Assembly: GCA_010093705.1 (NCBI GenBank)
Contig: MU006094.1
Coordinates: 234,020 to 298,019, forward strand
From: Patellaria atrata CBS 101060
Lineage: Eukaryota
Length of the DNA: 64,000 bases
Direction: 5' to 3'
Shown one piece after another: positions 1 to 13,635 of the stretch; the first letter of the stretch is position 1, and the number at the start of each line of letters is the position of its first letter. The notes under the pieces were generated by a model that had not been told where the DNA came from, did no database searches, and saw only the letters and a list, made by a program, of their open reading frames with translations. The position numbers were made by a program, and so were the translations under genes.

Positions 1-617
1 GTCTGTACTATAAACGACAAGAAGCCGTAAAAGCCACCGCAGGTCATGAATAAGACCCTCGTCCTTAAGACATTGTCACAGCGAAGAGCAAAGTCACAGG
101 AAAACAGATCAGAGGCGAGATGATGAACACAGCGAACAATAGTCGATTACCATCCTCGACGCCGTGGAATAGTACGCCGTGGCCAGAAGACTAAAAAGAA
201 AAAGCGACCCTACTATACACACACAGAGTGACCCTGGAAAATTAATGTGCAAACACCGCGTCCTCCCACCTCCTCCAAAAAGAGAAACCCCAATCGATAG
301 ATATAAGACGGAGCGAGATAGATAAGATAGACAGAGACGCCACGCTGATATTCCCAATATAGATAAACGAGGTGTATAAGATAGGTACGAGAGATGCCAG
401 AAACCCCAGGAAAGAGAAGAAATAATTGCCTAAGAGGAGTAGAAATGATAATGAACACGTGGGAATAATATGTAAAATGAAATAGAAAATAGAAAAAGCA
501 ACGCGCATAAAGGGATATCGGTAAAGACGATCGGGCAGCGAGGATGGGTTATAAGTATCCAGAGTAGCTGATTTTCTCCACATCTACGACCCAATCTTTT
601 ATATCTTCGCACCTTCT

Positions 618-3539
618 TCACTGATTTCCTTTTATTCTTTTGTTCCCTCCTACTCTTGGACTTGCCTTGACCTTCCCGCCTGTGCCATTGACCTCACCGC
701 CCCCTGGATCATCTCCTTCTAATTTGATGGCGCTCTGTCTCCGTTTCTTATTATTGACATTAGGACTAGTATTCGCGCTTGCGCCTGCAGAGCTGCTTGT
801 ACCCTGCTGACTACCTTGTGCAACTAGACCAGGGGCCGACATATGCGTGTGAGCAGGTGATGGTGTATGCTGCTGACCAAGGTGATTATTCATTAGATGT
901 GGTGAGCCATTTATGGCTGGGTTTAGTTGGCCTGGGAGTGCTAGGTTGGCCATGTGAGGTGACATATATTGGTTTGGTTGCTGACCAGGTGGTAAATTGG
1001 GATTTGGAGTCCTCGCCCCCGACTGCATATGCTGCTGTTGTAACATGCCTGGATTACCGTTGGGTGGCATGTTCATCTGAGGTCCTTGGCTTCCGGGATT
1101 CTGCTGGTTCTGCGGCTGCTGTGGATAACTGGCGACCAACTTATCCACTGCATCATACGGTGTCAAACCGTCATTCTGTACTTGAAAACTAATCAGATCT
1201 CGCATCAAGAACAAAGTCTCGCAGATCTACATGAGATTTGTTAGTGAAACTGATCTTATATTTATGAACTAAAGGTCACTAAAAGAATGCACCAACCTCA
1301 AGGAATCGAAGAACCCTTTCGGGTACGGTCCACGCTGAAGATGGCGAGTCTGGAAGATCTGTCTGGCTAATACTTGGTATTATTGGCATCTGTTCTTGCT
1401 GGCGTGCTTGATTTCTCTGCCGTCCGCCGGCAGTTCGGTTCATGCGAGGTGATTGTTGTTGATGTAAAGCATCTTGATTTAGGAGCTTCTCTAGAAGCGA
1501 ACGAGGGATATAATGCTGATGCTCTAACATCTCAAAATTCAAGTTTGTTATGAGATCCTGTTGGTTTAAAGTTGCATGCAATTTCCCGAAATATATGACC
1601 TTATCGAGTATATCAGAACATCACTTTTCAAAAGGAGAATTCAAAGCTTACATGCGTTCCATCACCATACCAATGGATGAACTTTGCTCTTTCTGCAACC
1701 ACAAAGTGTTGCCCCTGTCCAAAGTCTTTCTCATTCGTACCCTCAATTACTAGCTGAATGCTTTCCACTCCGCTTTCACATTGGGTATAGAAATACCGTG
1801 GTATAGCTGAGCTCGGAATGTCGAACTGTTTGGTCCTACCCAGCTTGCTATTTTTAATAATGAGTGCAAAAATGCTCTCGTCAGAAAAGAAGTTATCTAC
1901 TAAAGTTTTCCAGGGGCCAATTTCGTTATGGTGTTCTTTGGCTTTTAATCGACCTAGATGGTCTGCAAATGAGAACAACTTTAGAATTGCGGTGCCAGCA
2001 GGTAACCTATTTTGAGCCTGCGCTGCTTGTGCTGCCTGACGCATCACCGCTTGTTGCAAAGCCAACCGTTGTTGCATCTGTTGCTGTGCATTTTGAGGCT
2101 GTTGTTGGACAGCTTGCTGCTGAGTTTGTTGCGGATTCTGAGGTTGAGGAGGTTGTTGTCCCTGGGGTTGATTTTGCTGTACATTAGCAGTGGGTGCGGG
2201 CGAAGACTGCGGGTCTTGTGGTGCGCTAATTGAAGGTTGCGGTCTCATTTGCGGGCCTTGCCCCTGAGGACCTTGTTGATTCTGCTGACCTTGCTGACTC
2301 TGGTTACTTGATTGGGATACACCATGCTGCATTGCAATCTGTTGCTGCTGTGCGTGCTGCTGGGCTTGGGCTTGAGCCTGAGCTTGGGCTTGGGCCTGGG
2401 CAGCCTGTTGTTGTTGCTGCTGTTGCTGCATCTGCGCTTGTTGTGCAGCAATATATTGCTGCCGTAATTGAGGGTTCTGCATTTGGAATTGAGGGTTTTG
2501 CGCTTGCATAGCAGCGAATTGTTGCGCAGAAAACCCGGGGGTCTGACCACTTGGCATCCCTATAGGCATGCCACCATTCTGCTGCTGTTGAATCAACTGT
2601 CGTTGAAGTAACTGTTGTTGTTGTCGTTGCTGCATTTGTTGTTGATGTATTGCAAAGTGTGGGTTGTTTGCAACTACTATAACACGTCAGCCGTATGTAC
2701 CACTTCAATGTTTCTCCTTCCCAATTAAGCTACTGATACAACCCGCAAAGGGAACATTTTGCATGAAATTAAAAAAGAGGCATACAAAGGAAAAAGAGGC
2801 ATACAAAGGAAAAATAGGCATACAAAGGAAAAAGAGACATATGTGAAGGATACAAATAGAAGAAATTCGCCTGGGATATGTAGAAGAAAGTAGACCGGCA
2901 AAAGAATGATATCAAAGAGATTATAAACAAATCACAATTGTGGAAAGGCCGATAGCACCATCCGCCAGATTATTGCTCATTCGTACTCGTTACGAAGACG
3001 TGCTCATCTAGAAATAATGATAAGAAGAAGTAAAGCGAGGTGTATTGAGCAGCTTGCAGTAGCATGGCCCAGAATCCCAAGATTCAAGGTCTTTTTACGG
3101 TTTGACTGATTTTGCAGTAGAAAGACAACTAAACTAGCGGGGTACCACGGTGCACCAAATCTATAGAGTAAAAAATGGTTGAAGATACAATAAGGACCCA
3201 CTAGTCAGAATAGAAAATTGAAAAGACAGATCACTCACGATTTTGCATATGTTGCTGGGGGTGCTGCTGTTGTTGGAACATCTGCGCATTTGGTGCTAGA
3301 TGAGACATTGCATGGGCATTCGGTCCACCGGGTCCTGCTGGCCCACCGACTCCAGCCTGCTGCATTGCAGCCATCATAGGACCTGCTTGCGAAACATGTG
3401 GTCCATTCGGTCCCGATACCATCATCTGCATTGGTTGCCCCATCGGCTGCCCCGGGTTAGGAGTCGCCCCTGGGCCCATCGGTTGCCCATGAGGCATTCC
3501 TGGATGAGCACCAGGGTGATGAGGGTAGGTGGCCATCAT
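618..3539 (-). CDS. ptaB: LIM-domain-binding (LDB1/SEUSS-like) transcriptional coregulator, PtaB/Mfg1 type; 4 exons
   Basis: Q-rich N-terminus, then a LIM_bind-like core (LFSFADHL, W..LVDNFFS, KQFDIPSSAIPRYF, EHQHYIPRS, LRFLE|ICETLFLMRDLISF) and a C-terminal NKKRR NLS. Inferred exons: 3539-3239, ~2676-1693, 1599-~1296, ~1227-618, joined by GT..AG introns that keep frame. Confidence 0.85.
2772..2841. repeat. 19-bp tandem repeat (AAAAAGAGGCATACAAAGG x3 plus a partial copy) inside ptaB intron 1
   Basis: Units at 2772-2790, 2791-2809, 2810-2828 (1 mismatch) and a partial unit at 2829-2841, read directly. Confidence 0.9.
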
Positions 3540-5405
3540 CTTGACGGCCTATGCCGCGGACCAGAATCCGCGATGTCTCTCCTCCTGCACTCAGTCTCCA
3601 GCGGTCGACTTTCAAATATGGTATAAGACACCTCGGAGCTAGCTCTCTTATAAAGGACTACTCTTTCACACTCCCTATGACCAATATGAAGTGAATTTCG
3701 AACAAAACTTTGCTCCGATGTGCTCCGAGAACCTTCTTGTAAAAGGTTATCGCGGTATACTTCCTCCGAGCATATAGAATGAAACGCGCGAGCGGTAGAT
3801 TTCGTCTTGTTGATTTCTTTAATCGTTCCAGAGGATTTATAGAGCGAATTTGATCGCTAGATGGACCTGCGGTGATTCGAATGAAGGTGACGATCGGCCG
3901 GTGATTATTGTGGGGCGGACTTGGGGTCGTGACAACGAAGAGAAAGTTTCAAGGCGCGATCGATCTTTAAAAAGACACTCGTTCTGGATGAGTGTAGTCG
4001 TAGTCTTCATGCATATGCGCCGGGAAAATAATGGTTCCGGCGCGCATTCGTCGTAGAGATTGTTTAGGAAGAGTCGGAGGCGGGCGTGGAAACGAGCGTA
4101 AGCGAAAGGTAATGCGACGACGACAGTTAATCAAAGTCGACATCAAAGGTTCGAGTCCATTCTCATCAATTCAAAGCGCGAAATACCAGGTCGGACGAGG
4201 TAGATTTGGGCTTCGTTGAAGGGTTGAGGAACAACTTGAGGTGGTGGTTGTCGATCAGGTTAGGACTCAACCTGGAAAGCCTAGAGGGTGAGAAATATAA
4301 CGCTAAGTCCGAGAATGGCTAGCGACTTCGGGCCGGAAAAACTATTCATATTTTATAATCTATATCTTGAACCAACTTCAAGCTTCTCCCCGTCCTGCAT
4401 CCTCATAAATATTTTTCGCCCTGTCGATCTCTGTTCATATACCATTATGATTGTTTACCACAAGGTTTAGGTGAGTTTTTTTCTTTCCTTCAGTTTTGGT
4501 CCTACTCGAATGATGACAACCGAGAACATGTCTTCTTTTCCCAGCTGAGTCGCCCTTGAAGAAATTTGGTCTTTTCGGACCACCCAAAGTGGTCTGCTAC
4601 TTGCCAGTAAATTTGTCTGACCATCATCGCTTTTACTCTTACATACGATAACTGTAAGCTGTCAGATCACCGCTAACTTGCCGGTTCTCAACAGGTAGCA
4701 ACAATTTGATATCCCAGAGTGTTCGGTTGCTCCTATTCTGCCATCTCTTCGAGATTCAGTGGTCCGATGTCCGGAAACGTTCGCACTGAAATATATTAGA
4801 CAGTATATAAGTGAGCGAAGAATTGTATGAAAGGAGCTGGACGTAGTTATCAACTCTACGTCTCGCATAACTGGGAGAGGGGCATGTGCTGTGAATGTCG
4901 AGAATCTATATGTCGCAACTTTCCTTTATGAAAGATCGTAGATAGTAGGATAGCATGATAATCAAATAATCATAATGTTCTTGTTGGAGTTATTGTATAT
5001 TTTATTTACTCAGCATCAGCACAGATTGACAAAACCTGAAAGTACGCAAAAGGACTAAATCCGAAGTAATCTTTATATTACAGTCTATTAACACAATTCC
5101 CAACCCTAGATAAAAGTAAATATCTGTGAGTAACTTGCACTTATCCAATCAGTTAAGGTTGCAGCTTCCAATCTGTATATGGATTGCTTTTGTTCGGGAT
5201 TATAGCTGCCAAGCCGCATTTCGTCAACGTCAAGTGGGTTGGGTTGCCGCAAGCTTGACAACGATTGTAAACAGCTATTCCAGCTTCCATCTCGTCAATA
5301 ACCTCTTCAAACTCCAAAATAATACGACTCCCTATTACTCCAAGCTCTCAGGTCTTTGTGCAAAGCTTTAGACGTCTAAGTTGACGTCGAACCCACCTCA
5401 CAGAC

Positions 5406-7269
5406 ATGGCACCCGAAGTGACGGATCCCAGAATGATGTCCATCAAACCTAGGATACGGTATAACACTATCGGTGGTATAAACGGACCTTTGGTCATTCT
5501 TGAGAATGTGGGCTTCGAAAGCTACTTCAAGAGCGAACTTTAAATCTAACTATAATTCCTAGGTCAAATTCCCTAGGTACAATGAAATTGTTTCCTTGAC
5601 ACTTCCTGATGGCACTGAAAGATCTGGACAAGTACTTGAGGCGAGAGGTAAGGCATTTCATGATTTCCTCATTTAAGTTTATAGCTAAGCAGATGTTATA
5701 GGTACTCGTGCCGTCGTACAGGTATAAAAACCCAATCGTTTGAAGCCCCGCGGAGATGGACTAACGGAAGAACACAGGTCTTTGAGGGAACACCTGGTAT
5801 TGATGTTAAGAAGGTTGGTGGAATAAATCCAGATATCAGCAACTATACTGATCTATGTAGACAAAAGTTGAGTTTACTGGCCACAACCTGAAGCTGGGTG
5901 TCTCAGAAGACATGTTGGGCCGAATTTTCGACGGCTCAGGTCGTCCGATTGACAAGGGACCAAAAGTACTGGCAGAGGATTATCTCGACATCAATGGCAG
6001 TCCTATCAATCCATATTCCAGGGTGCGTTCCTCTTCGTTTCTATTAGAGTCAGAGAAGCTAAGTTTATTAGGTCTACCCCGAAGAAATGATCTCAACTGG
6101 TATCTCAGCCATTGATACCATGAACTCCATTGCACGTGGCCAAAAGATTCCTATTTTCTCAGCCGCAGGTCTGCCTCACAACGAAATTGCTGCTCAGATT
6201 TGTCGTCAAGCTGGTCTCGTCGGTAAGCCCACTAAAGATGTCCATGACGGACATGAAGAGAACTTCTCCATCGTTTTTGGTGCTATGGGTGTCAACTTGG
6301 AAACAAGTAGATTCTTCACCAGAGATTTCGAGGAAAATGGCAGTATGGAGCGTGTTACGCTCTTTTTGAACTTAGCCAATGACCCAACGTATGTACTTAT
6401 CTTGTCTATTGTCATAATGAACTCTAACAATAATCAGGATCGAACGTATCATTACGCCTCGTCTCGCCCTTACAACGGCAGAGTACTACGCTTACCAACT
6501 CGAAAAACACGTTCTGGTCATTCTCACCGATTTATCCTCCTACTGCGATGCGCTCCGCGAGGTCTCCGCTGCCCGAGAAGAGGTCCCCGGTCGTCGCGGT
6601 TACCCCGGTTACATGTACACGGATTTATCCACCATCTACGAGCGGGCCGGCCGAGTGGAAGGACGCAACGGCTCCATCACCCAGATCCCCATCCTAACCA
6701 TGCCCAACGATGACATCACCCACCCGATCCCCGATCTCACCGGTTACATCACCGAAGGCCAAATCTTCATCGACCGTCAACTCCACAACAAAGGCATCTA
6801 CCCGCCTATCAACGTTCTCCCTTCGCTGTCCCGTCTAATGAAGTCCGCCATCGGCGAAGGCCGGACCCGCAAGGACCACGGCGACGTCTCCAACCAGCTC
6901 TACGCCAAATACGCCATCGGGCGCGACGCCGCGGCAATGAAAGCCGTCGTCGGCGAGGAAGCCCTCAGCTCCGAAGACAAGCTTTCCCTCGAGTTCCTCG
7001 AGAAGTTCGAGAAGACGTTCATCTCGCAGAGCGCGTATGAGAGCCGCACCATCTTCGAGAGCTTGGATTTGGCATGGGGCTTGCTGAGGATTTATCCAAA
7101 GGAGCTGCTAAATAGAATCCCGGCTAAGGTGCTCGATATGTATTATCAGAGGGGCAAGGCGGAGAGGGAGGAGAGGGAGAAGGCAAAAAAAGGGAATAAG
7201 GATACCAGGGACAATGAGGCGAATAATGCAGGGGAGGGACAGCAACCGGAGAATTTGGTAGATCTGTAG
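5406..7269 (+). CDS. vma2: Vacuolar H+-ATPase V1 subunit B; 7 exons
   Basis: ATG at 5406. Spliced translation gives [79 protein letters not shown] and [12 protein letters not shown]. Six short introns, including a 20-nt microexon at 5702-5721. Confidence 0.97.
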
Positions 7270-8120
7270 AGGAGTTTTGAAGTTCTTGATGGTAGGAAGG
7301 CTGTTGTTGCATTGGAAGGTTGAGTGTGCGTTGGTAACATGGTAGGCTGTGTGATACTGGCTTTTTGCCTTCTGCTTGCTCTGGCTTCCCTCCTGAGGTG
7401 GATCTGTAGATAGAGTTTGTGTAGCAAGTGTGCGATTACATGACGAATCTACGGGTAGCAATATGGTTTAGGCAGCTTCGATATGTAGCTTTGTGATTAT
7501 ATTTTTCAGGACTATGTACCCCTAGCCTCTACTTTGAAGGCTTGCAAAAGGGGGACTATGCAACTTGGCCCCGATTCCTACGTACAATGCCTACGCGGCA
7601 TGACATCCGCACAGAAAGCTAGCCTGTATGCCGCCTCTCTCCCTCGTGACGCTTAGGGGGGAATTCAGTAAATCAGGGGTTTCACCATATACTGTACAAA
7701 GCAGGGAAACCCCCAGAGAAGTATTTGTCCGGCGATCGACCCTCCCGTGATCGAGTTGATCGTGATATATCTATGAGAATATCAGCGTTGTTATTCTCGT
7801 ACGTACGCGATGGAAGGGTTATTCTGTGTCTGGGGGGAGAAGGCCTTCGTCATACCGTGGCATGGTCGAAGTTCCTCGATATAAATCTCCGTCTTTTCCA
7901 TATAGTGGGACAATACGCCTGTACGTATTTCCTGACATGGTGACGTATTTCCCTCATACGTATCGCGTTGTCTTAACCGTATCGTGGTAAGGTGGGTGCG
8001 TGGACCCGTATGAGTGCGCATATTCGGTGCGGCCAAAATATCAAGATTTCCAATATCGCAAACACACCCGTCGATAAAAAATAAAAAATAAAAAAAAAAA
8101 GGCATTCGCACCACCTATCC

Positions 8121-9568
8121 TCAACCATTCTTATCCAGAATCCCCAGCGCCTTCTTCATCTCCGTATTCACCCTAACAAGCTCGTCGAGGAAGTTAGCCG
8201 ACTCGAGCAGAATATTACTCTTACTGAAGCCACCCTGCCTCAACTCTGGAACCAGCTGATGCAACTCCTCGAATCCGTTCTTGATCAGATTACGGCGCTT
8301 CTGCTCGGACAGAATGTGATTGTTCCGCTTCTGCTCCTCGCTCAGATTCTCCCGATGTGCTTTATTCCCAGTAGGCGAAGACTTCCGACGCTTCGATGGA
8401 CTCTCAGTTTGCGACAGTTTACGAGACTTAGCCGGGCGGGAACCTTGTGGCGTCTTCCCAGATGACCTCGGTCTATGCGTAGGTTTGGGATCGGGATCAT
8501 CTTCGGTAGGTTCGTGCCTGCTTTTTTGTCTCTTCTTCGGCTTTTCCGGCGATTGTTGGTAGACGTCGTTATCCGAGTCTTCATCATCAGAAGCAGAGCT
8601 CTCCCTCTTTGCGGGTACGTGGATTGGTTGTGGACGCTTTGACGCGACGGGACTTGACTGCTGCGTGCTTTGACCGCTTTTCTCCGGTACGAATATTTGG
8701 TCCAATTCGCTGATCAGCTTCATTTCTCGCATTTCGGCACATTCCGGAGGGTTGTAACCAGTGGTGCTGAAATTGTGGTCGGATCCGTAGCGAAATGTGC
8801 TCAGGGTGCCTGGGCGGGGTGCTTGCGGGTTGTATCCGTAGGGCGTACTGAAGGAATCGTCAATGGTACTTGGATGTGAAAATGGCTGTGGTATGAGTGG
8901 TGCCCCAGGGTTAGTAAACGGTGATGCGGAAACACTTGCTCTATGTAAGGAACTAGAAGATGGGTTTGACACTTGTCCAATCATGTGGTGAGGTGCAGTT
9001 TGACCAGGGAAGTGACTGGGAGTACGATAGTTTTCCGTAAAGCTGAGCGCTCCCGGATTAGAATGAGCAGCCTGTGAATGGTTGAAGAGAGCTGCTGCAG
9101 CACCGATTACATCTTCGCTTGTGCTCAATCCGGTCCCTTCAGTAGATGTATCCAGATAACTTTCTGTGGTTTGTAGGTAGGCTCCCGGCAATCCATTTGA
9201 TGTTTGTGGATGTCCTAGAGTAGTTTCAAGACTGTGGAAGGCTGGTGGGGGAGGTCCGTTGAGCCAAGTAAGGTCCAGGGGAGAGTTACTTCCAGCTTGT
9301 TGAGTAAGGTCTGCTGGGATATTTCCGCCATCAAAAGCGGTCGGATCTGCGAAGAACCTATCCAGTACCCCATGATCGGTGATGTTTAGAAGGCCGTTCG
9401 AAGGCGGGGCAGATGCGTAGGAGAAGAAGTCGTCTGCGGATCGAAATGTTAGATTTTTGTGATGAACATGGAGTAGAATCATGGCTGAATGAGGGACGTA
9501 CATCCAAAAGGTTGCTCGATATGTTGGTCATGGTTCGATTGATGGAAGTTGAAGGAGTCGTCGCCCAT
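8121..9568 (-). CDS. bHLH transcription factor, Ino4-like C-terminal bHLH; 2 exons
   Basis: RENLSEEQKRNNHILSEQKRRNLIKNGFEELHQLVPEL...SKSNIL is a basic-helix-loop-helix. ATG at 9568, with an intron GTACGT..CTAAC..CAG at ~9501-9434. Confidence 0.85.
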
Positions 9569-11213
9569 AGTGGGCTGACGCAGTAGAATAGTGCCTGCCA
9601 GAGTTGCTGATGTCTACGGATGACCTTGAACGGCAGGTGATTTTATGTACGGATTCGTACAAACGCGGCGATTCTCTGTTGAAGTATCCCGTTTGTAAGA
9701 ACTCATCGTCCGACTACGAGCTACAGTACTGTTGTCTGTTCCTCGAAGCCTCGAGAAGCATGAAAGCTCTTAAACAAGGAATGTATTCCCCAGCCCACCG
9801 AGAATCAAGATAACAAGTTGGAATTCCAGACCGTAGACCGGGTAGGAAAATGCGCGGAGCGTTAAGGTGAAGAAGCAAGTTTGGATAGGTTCGTAGGTCA
9901 GGTCGTCGTGATAGTAAAGATGCTGCCCAGGCAGGCTATTGGGAAACGATTAGCCAGACGAGAACATGGAAGCGGCTGCTTATTATGGGGATCCCGGACA
10001 ATAGTTCGTGATATAACCAGTTCGTTTAAGAGAAGTAGAGGTGCAGTGGTTTGCGTACAGCGTCAGGTTGAATGTAGGCGCATGGGAAGAAGTTAATAAA
10101 AGCGTCACAGGTTATGAAGCACAAAGTCGAACTACGTGAGGACTAGGCCCAACGGATTTTCATCATCACATGCTGAAATGTCATCCACCAAACAACAAGC
10201 CTCAACTCCTCTTAACTAACAAGTACTCAAACAACCAGACGCATCTAAAGTGTAATGGATGCTCAGCTACTCGATTAGCATTAAATGAATCGACTTCAAG
10301 ATCAGCTTCAAATGCATCATCCCTGCTGCCTTCGCCCTCCTTCTAGAACTACCTTATACTTCGTAAACTTTGCCTCAACTCCCGTCCCAACTTTGACTTT
10401 TCCATCTAATCTTCACATCCATAACCCTATATAACAGTTGGTCATAGGTTTTCCCTATACTTCCTTAGTCAATTAGTGAGTGCCTTTCCTACTATCTCAA
10501 TCAATTTCTTCCAGCCGTAAACCAATATTTCTTTCTGCTACATAGATTAGAATGCATCTTCCGCCCCTTTCAATAGTTTCCCCTGTAACATCAGTGCTTC
10601 GTGTTGTAAAGGCTGAATCGCCTTCCTTTAGTTGACTCGATCACCTGCAAGTCTTCAGACCTTCCTATTTGATTTGGTAAATTCTCCGCGATCTATTATT
10701 TCGCTTCGCCTTGCCTTCCCGTGTCTCACTAACCCCACGGGGTCGAGGTTTTACTAGACGTCCTTTCACCATCAACACTATGATTCGTTATCTATAACGG
10801 AACTCGCATCTTCTTACCATTGATCTAATAGCTATCAACGCCATAATTGCATCAGTAGTGTCTCAGGCGCACTACTAACGCTCTCTGTCATTTTGAGCCG
10901 CTTTTAAGGGGGCTATAATTCCTCCAAATAATCCTTCAATTGGACTTAAAATCCCGCAATACGTACTTCTATATTCGTTTTTGAAGGTTGACCGTGATCT
11001 TCCAGAACGTTTCAGACCGTTCAGGCCTCAATACCGCCATCCGTCCGAAGCCATCAGTCGGTATCTGTGCGCTGCGCGTGCTTCGGCCCTGGAGCGACCA
11101 GAACGCCGACGAAGGCGGCTCTGTATCTGGCATACAGTACGACCTTCAAACACCCTACAATCCTATGGTCTCTACAGTAGCTTAATGTGTTGAGCCTTTA
11201 CCTTCAGAACGGA

Positions 11214-12864
11214 ATGGTGATGGCGGGTCTAAAATCGAACCGTCTGCGGGATCCGCGTGTCTTCAAGCCGTAAGTGGGAGCAGCTCAAGGAAGAGATGTT
11301 GCTAATGATATTCCTTCTAGACTCGTGCGTGCATATCTTCTTGGGTATCTGTCGAGCACAAGTCCCAGAATTTTGGGCATTCTCTTATCCATTATACGGA
11401 AAAGGAGTATTCCTGAAGATGTATTGAACCGAGTAGGTGCAAAACAATCATCACATCTCCCTTCATGATCTAGAATCTGACCTTTTTTTTTTTTTTTTTG
11501 AGATATTCCATATTCTTAAGCAAGCTACAGCCGTCAATCGTTTTCCTGCATTTTGTGGGCTGATCATCGGGGGCTCTACGCTATTACAATTACCCCTGAA
11601 TGATATTTTGGCATCTGTCGCAGGTAGAGTGCGCCAAAAAGGATGGTCACTCCAGTCACAGCAGGTTCAATTCTTAGCAAGATTTCTTGCAGCTCTTTGT
11701 GCCGCGGTGTTGAGCTTTAATCTTCTGAACAGCGGTCAGGATACCCGTGCGTATCTGCAGGAGAAGTATGGCAATGTTACACAAGCACCAGGTGATCCCG
11801 TACAAACAATACCGTGTGGGACTCACACTCTATCACCAGAAGCTATAGAAACGCCTACAACAGATCTCGTCCCTAACACAGATCCTCCCGTCCCCTCGCT
11901 CCAACCCCAAGCAATGTCCTCACAGCCCCTTTCCCCACCTCCCGTTTTCGCAGGCAAAACAATCGACCTAACTCTCTTTGCCCTGATCCGGGCCCTCGAT
12001 GTGCTCATCCAATCTCTCCCAACCCCCACCTCACCCTCCTCACGTCTCCATTCCCTCCTCTCCCACGCCGCCGTCCCAACCCTCTTCTCCCTCTCCAGCG
12101 CCACGATAATGCACGCCTGGTTCTACTCCCCACACCGCCTTCCCCCCTCCTACAACCGCTGGATCACAAACGCCGCATCCCTGGACCTGCGCCTCATGGA
12201 AGCCCTCCGCGAAGCCCGCTACGGCAACTGGCTCTACGGTCACGACACCGGCCTCGCCCCCCTCCTCGGCAGCCTAGCCCTCGACCTCAACCTCCCCTTC
12301 TCAGCCGGCGATCCCGCCCACACGATCCCCGTCCCCTGCACCCTCGTCCACCAAGGCACAGGCCACAGCTGCGAGACGCACTTTCTGCTCCGCTTCCTGC
12401 GCTCCTGGCGCGCGGCAGCCGGTATGTACGTCCCGCTGCACCTGGCTCTCTTCCTCCGTCGCCGCCACAAACCCCACCGCCTCCGAGACCTCCGCAACGC
12501 CCTCGTCTCGGCATCCCGCTCCACGACTTTCCTCGCCTCTTTCATCGCACTCTTCTACTACGGCGTCTGTCTGACCCGCTCCCGCTTACCAATCCTCCGT
12601 CCTTATCTCCCGCCCTCCATCCGTCCCGCCCTGTCCCCGCAGCGCATAGACTCCGGCCTCTGCGTCGCGGGCGGCTGCGCCCTCTGCGGCCTTAGCATCC
12701 TCGCCGAAGACCCCGCACGTAGAGTCGAAGTCGTGTTTTTCGTCTTGCCGAGGGCGCTTGCGGTCGTGTTGCCGCGGTGGTATCAGAAGAGATACATGTG
12801 GAGGGAACGCTGGATTTTTGGGCTCTCGGCGGCTGTTGTATTGGTCGCGGTGCAGGAGAGGACG
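11214..12864 (+). CDS. TMEM135-like integral membrane protein; 3' end lost in the assembly gap
   Basis: Spliced N-terminus KPLVRAYLLGY, then GKTIDLTLFALIRALD, IMHAWFYSPHRLPPSYNRWI, VPCTLVH and SRSTTFLASFI, typical of fungal TMEM135/PMP-type proteins. Introns at ~11270-11320 and ~11433-11502. Confidence 0.75.
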
Positions 12865-13009
12865 NNNNNNNNNNNNNNNNNNNNNNNNNNNNNNNNNNNN
12901 NNNNNNNNNNNNNNNNNNNNNNNNNNNNNNNNNNNNNNNNNNNNNNNNNNNNNNNNNNNNNNNNNNNNNNNNNNNNNNNNNNNNNNNNNNNNNNNNNNNN
13001 NNNNNNNNN
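12865..13009. other. Assembly gap (145 N)
   Basis: Run of N characters. Confidence 1.
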
Positions 13010-13121
13010 TATTTTTGTAGTTGGGGGAGAGGGAAGGGAGGGGGGAGGGGAGACTGGTATTGCTGCGCTGTTATGGTGTCGATGGAGTGGATATGTGATT
13101 GGGTTGAGGAGATAACTCGAT

Positions 13122-13175
13122 TGTACAAATTCAGTCAACTGTACAAAATCGCCAAACTGTATAAAAGCTCCAAAC
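13122..13175. repeat. Degenerate 18-bp tandem repeat x3 (TGTAYAAA......AAC)
   Basis: TGTACAAATTCAGTCAAC / TGTACAAAATCGCCAAAC / TGTATAAAAGCTCCAAAC, in a convergent terminator region. Confidence 0.6.
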
Positions 13176-13635
13176 CCGTCCAGAACCATCCCAGAGTAAA
13201 CAATAGCCAAACCCTACAATACACTCACACATCCACACACCCACACACCCACAAACCCCCTCATATCGACGACATCACCGAAGGAAAAGCGAGAAGGAGA
13301 CACGCCAACGAAAAAGAAGAAGAAGAAGAGAGTTGTTAAAGCCATCCAGAGAGTCAGGGGACGCCCGTATTCTATACGGAGTATTCCACTACCCAAAGCT
13401 TACATTTGAAAAAGAACGGTTTAAGATAGTATACCGTATAGGCTTTATACTACTCACTCCCTGGGACGAGGAAGAAGATGGGGTTCTTAGTCTGTATGAG
13501 TACAGTATTACAAACGTATATACGATTACAAATACCCATATCAACATATATACACACCAACAACCCCCCGACACTTTTTCAGATTCACATACTCTCCATA
13601 CTAAACCAATCCAGGGCCATTACAGCCACCTTAAC

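Noticed and set aside
4140..4165. GGTTCGAGTCC B-box/T-loop-like motif
   Set aside because: No complete T-stem, A-box or cloverleaf around it.
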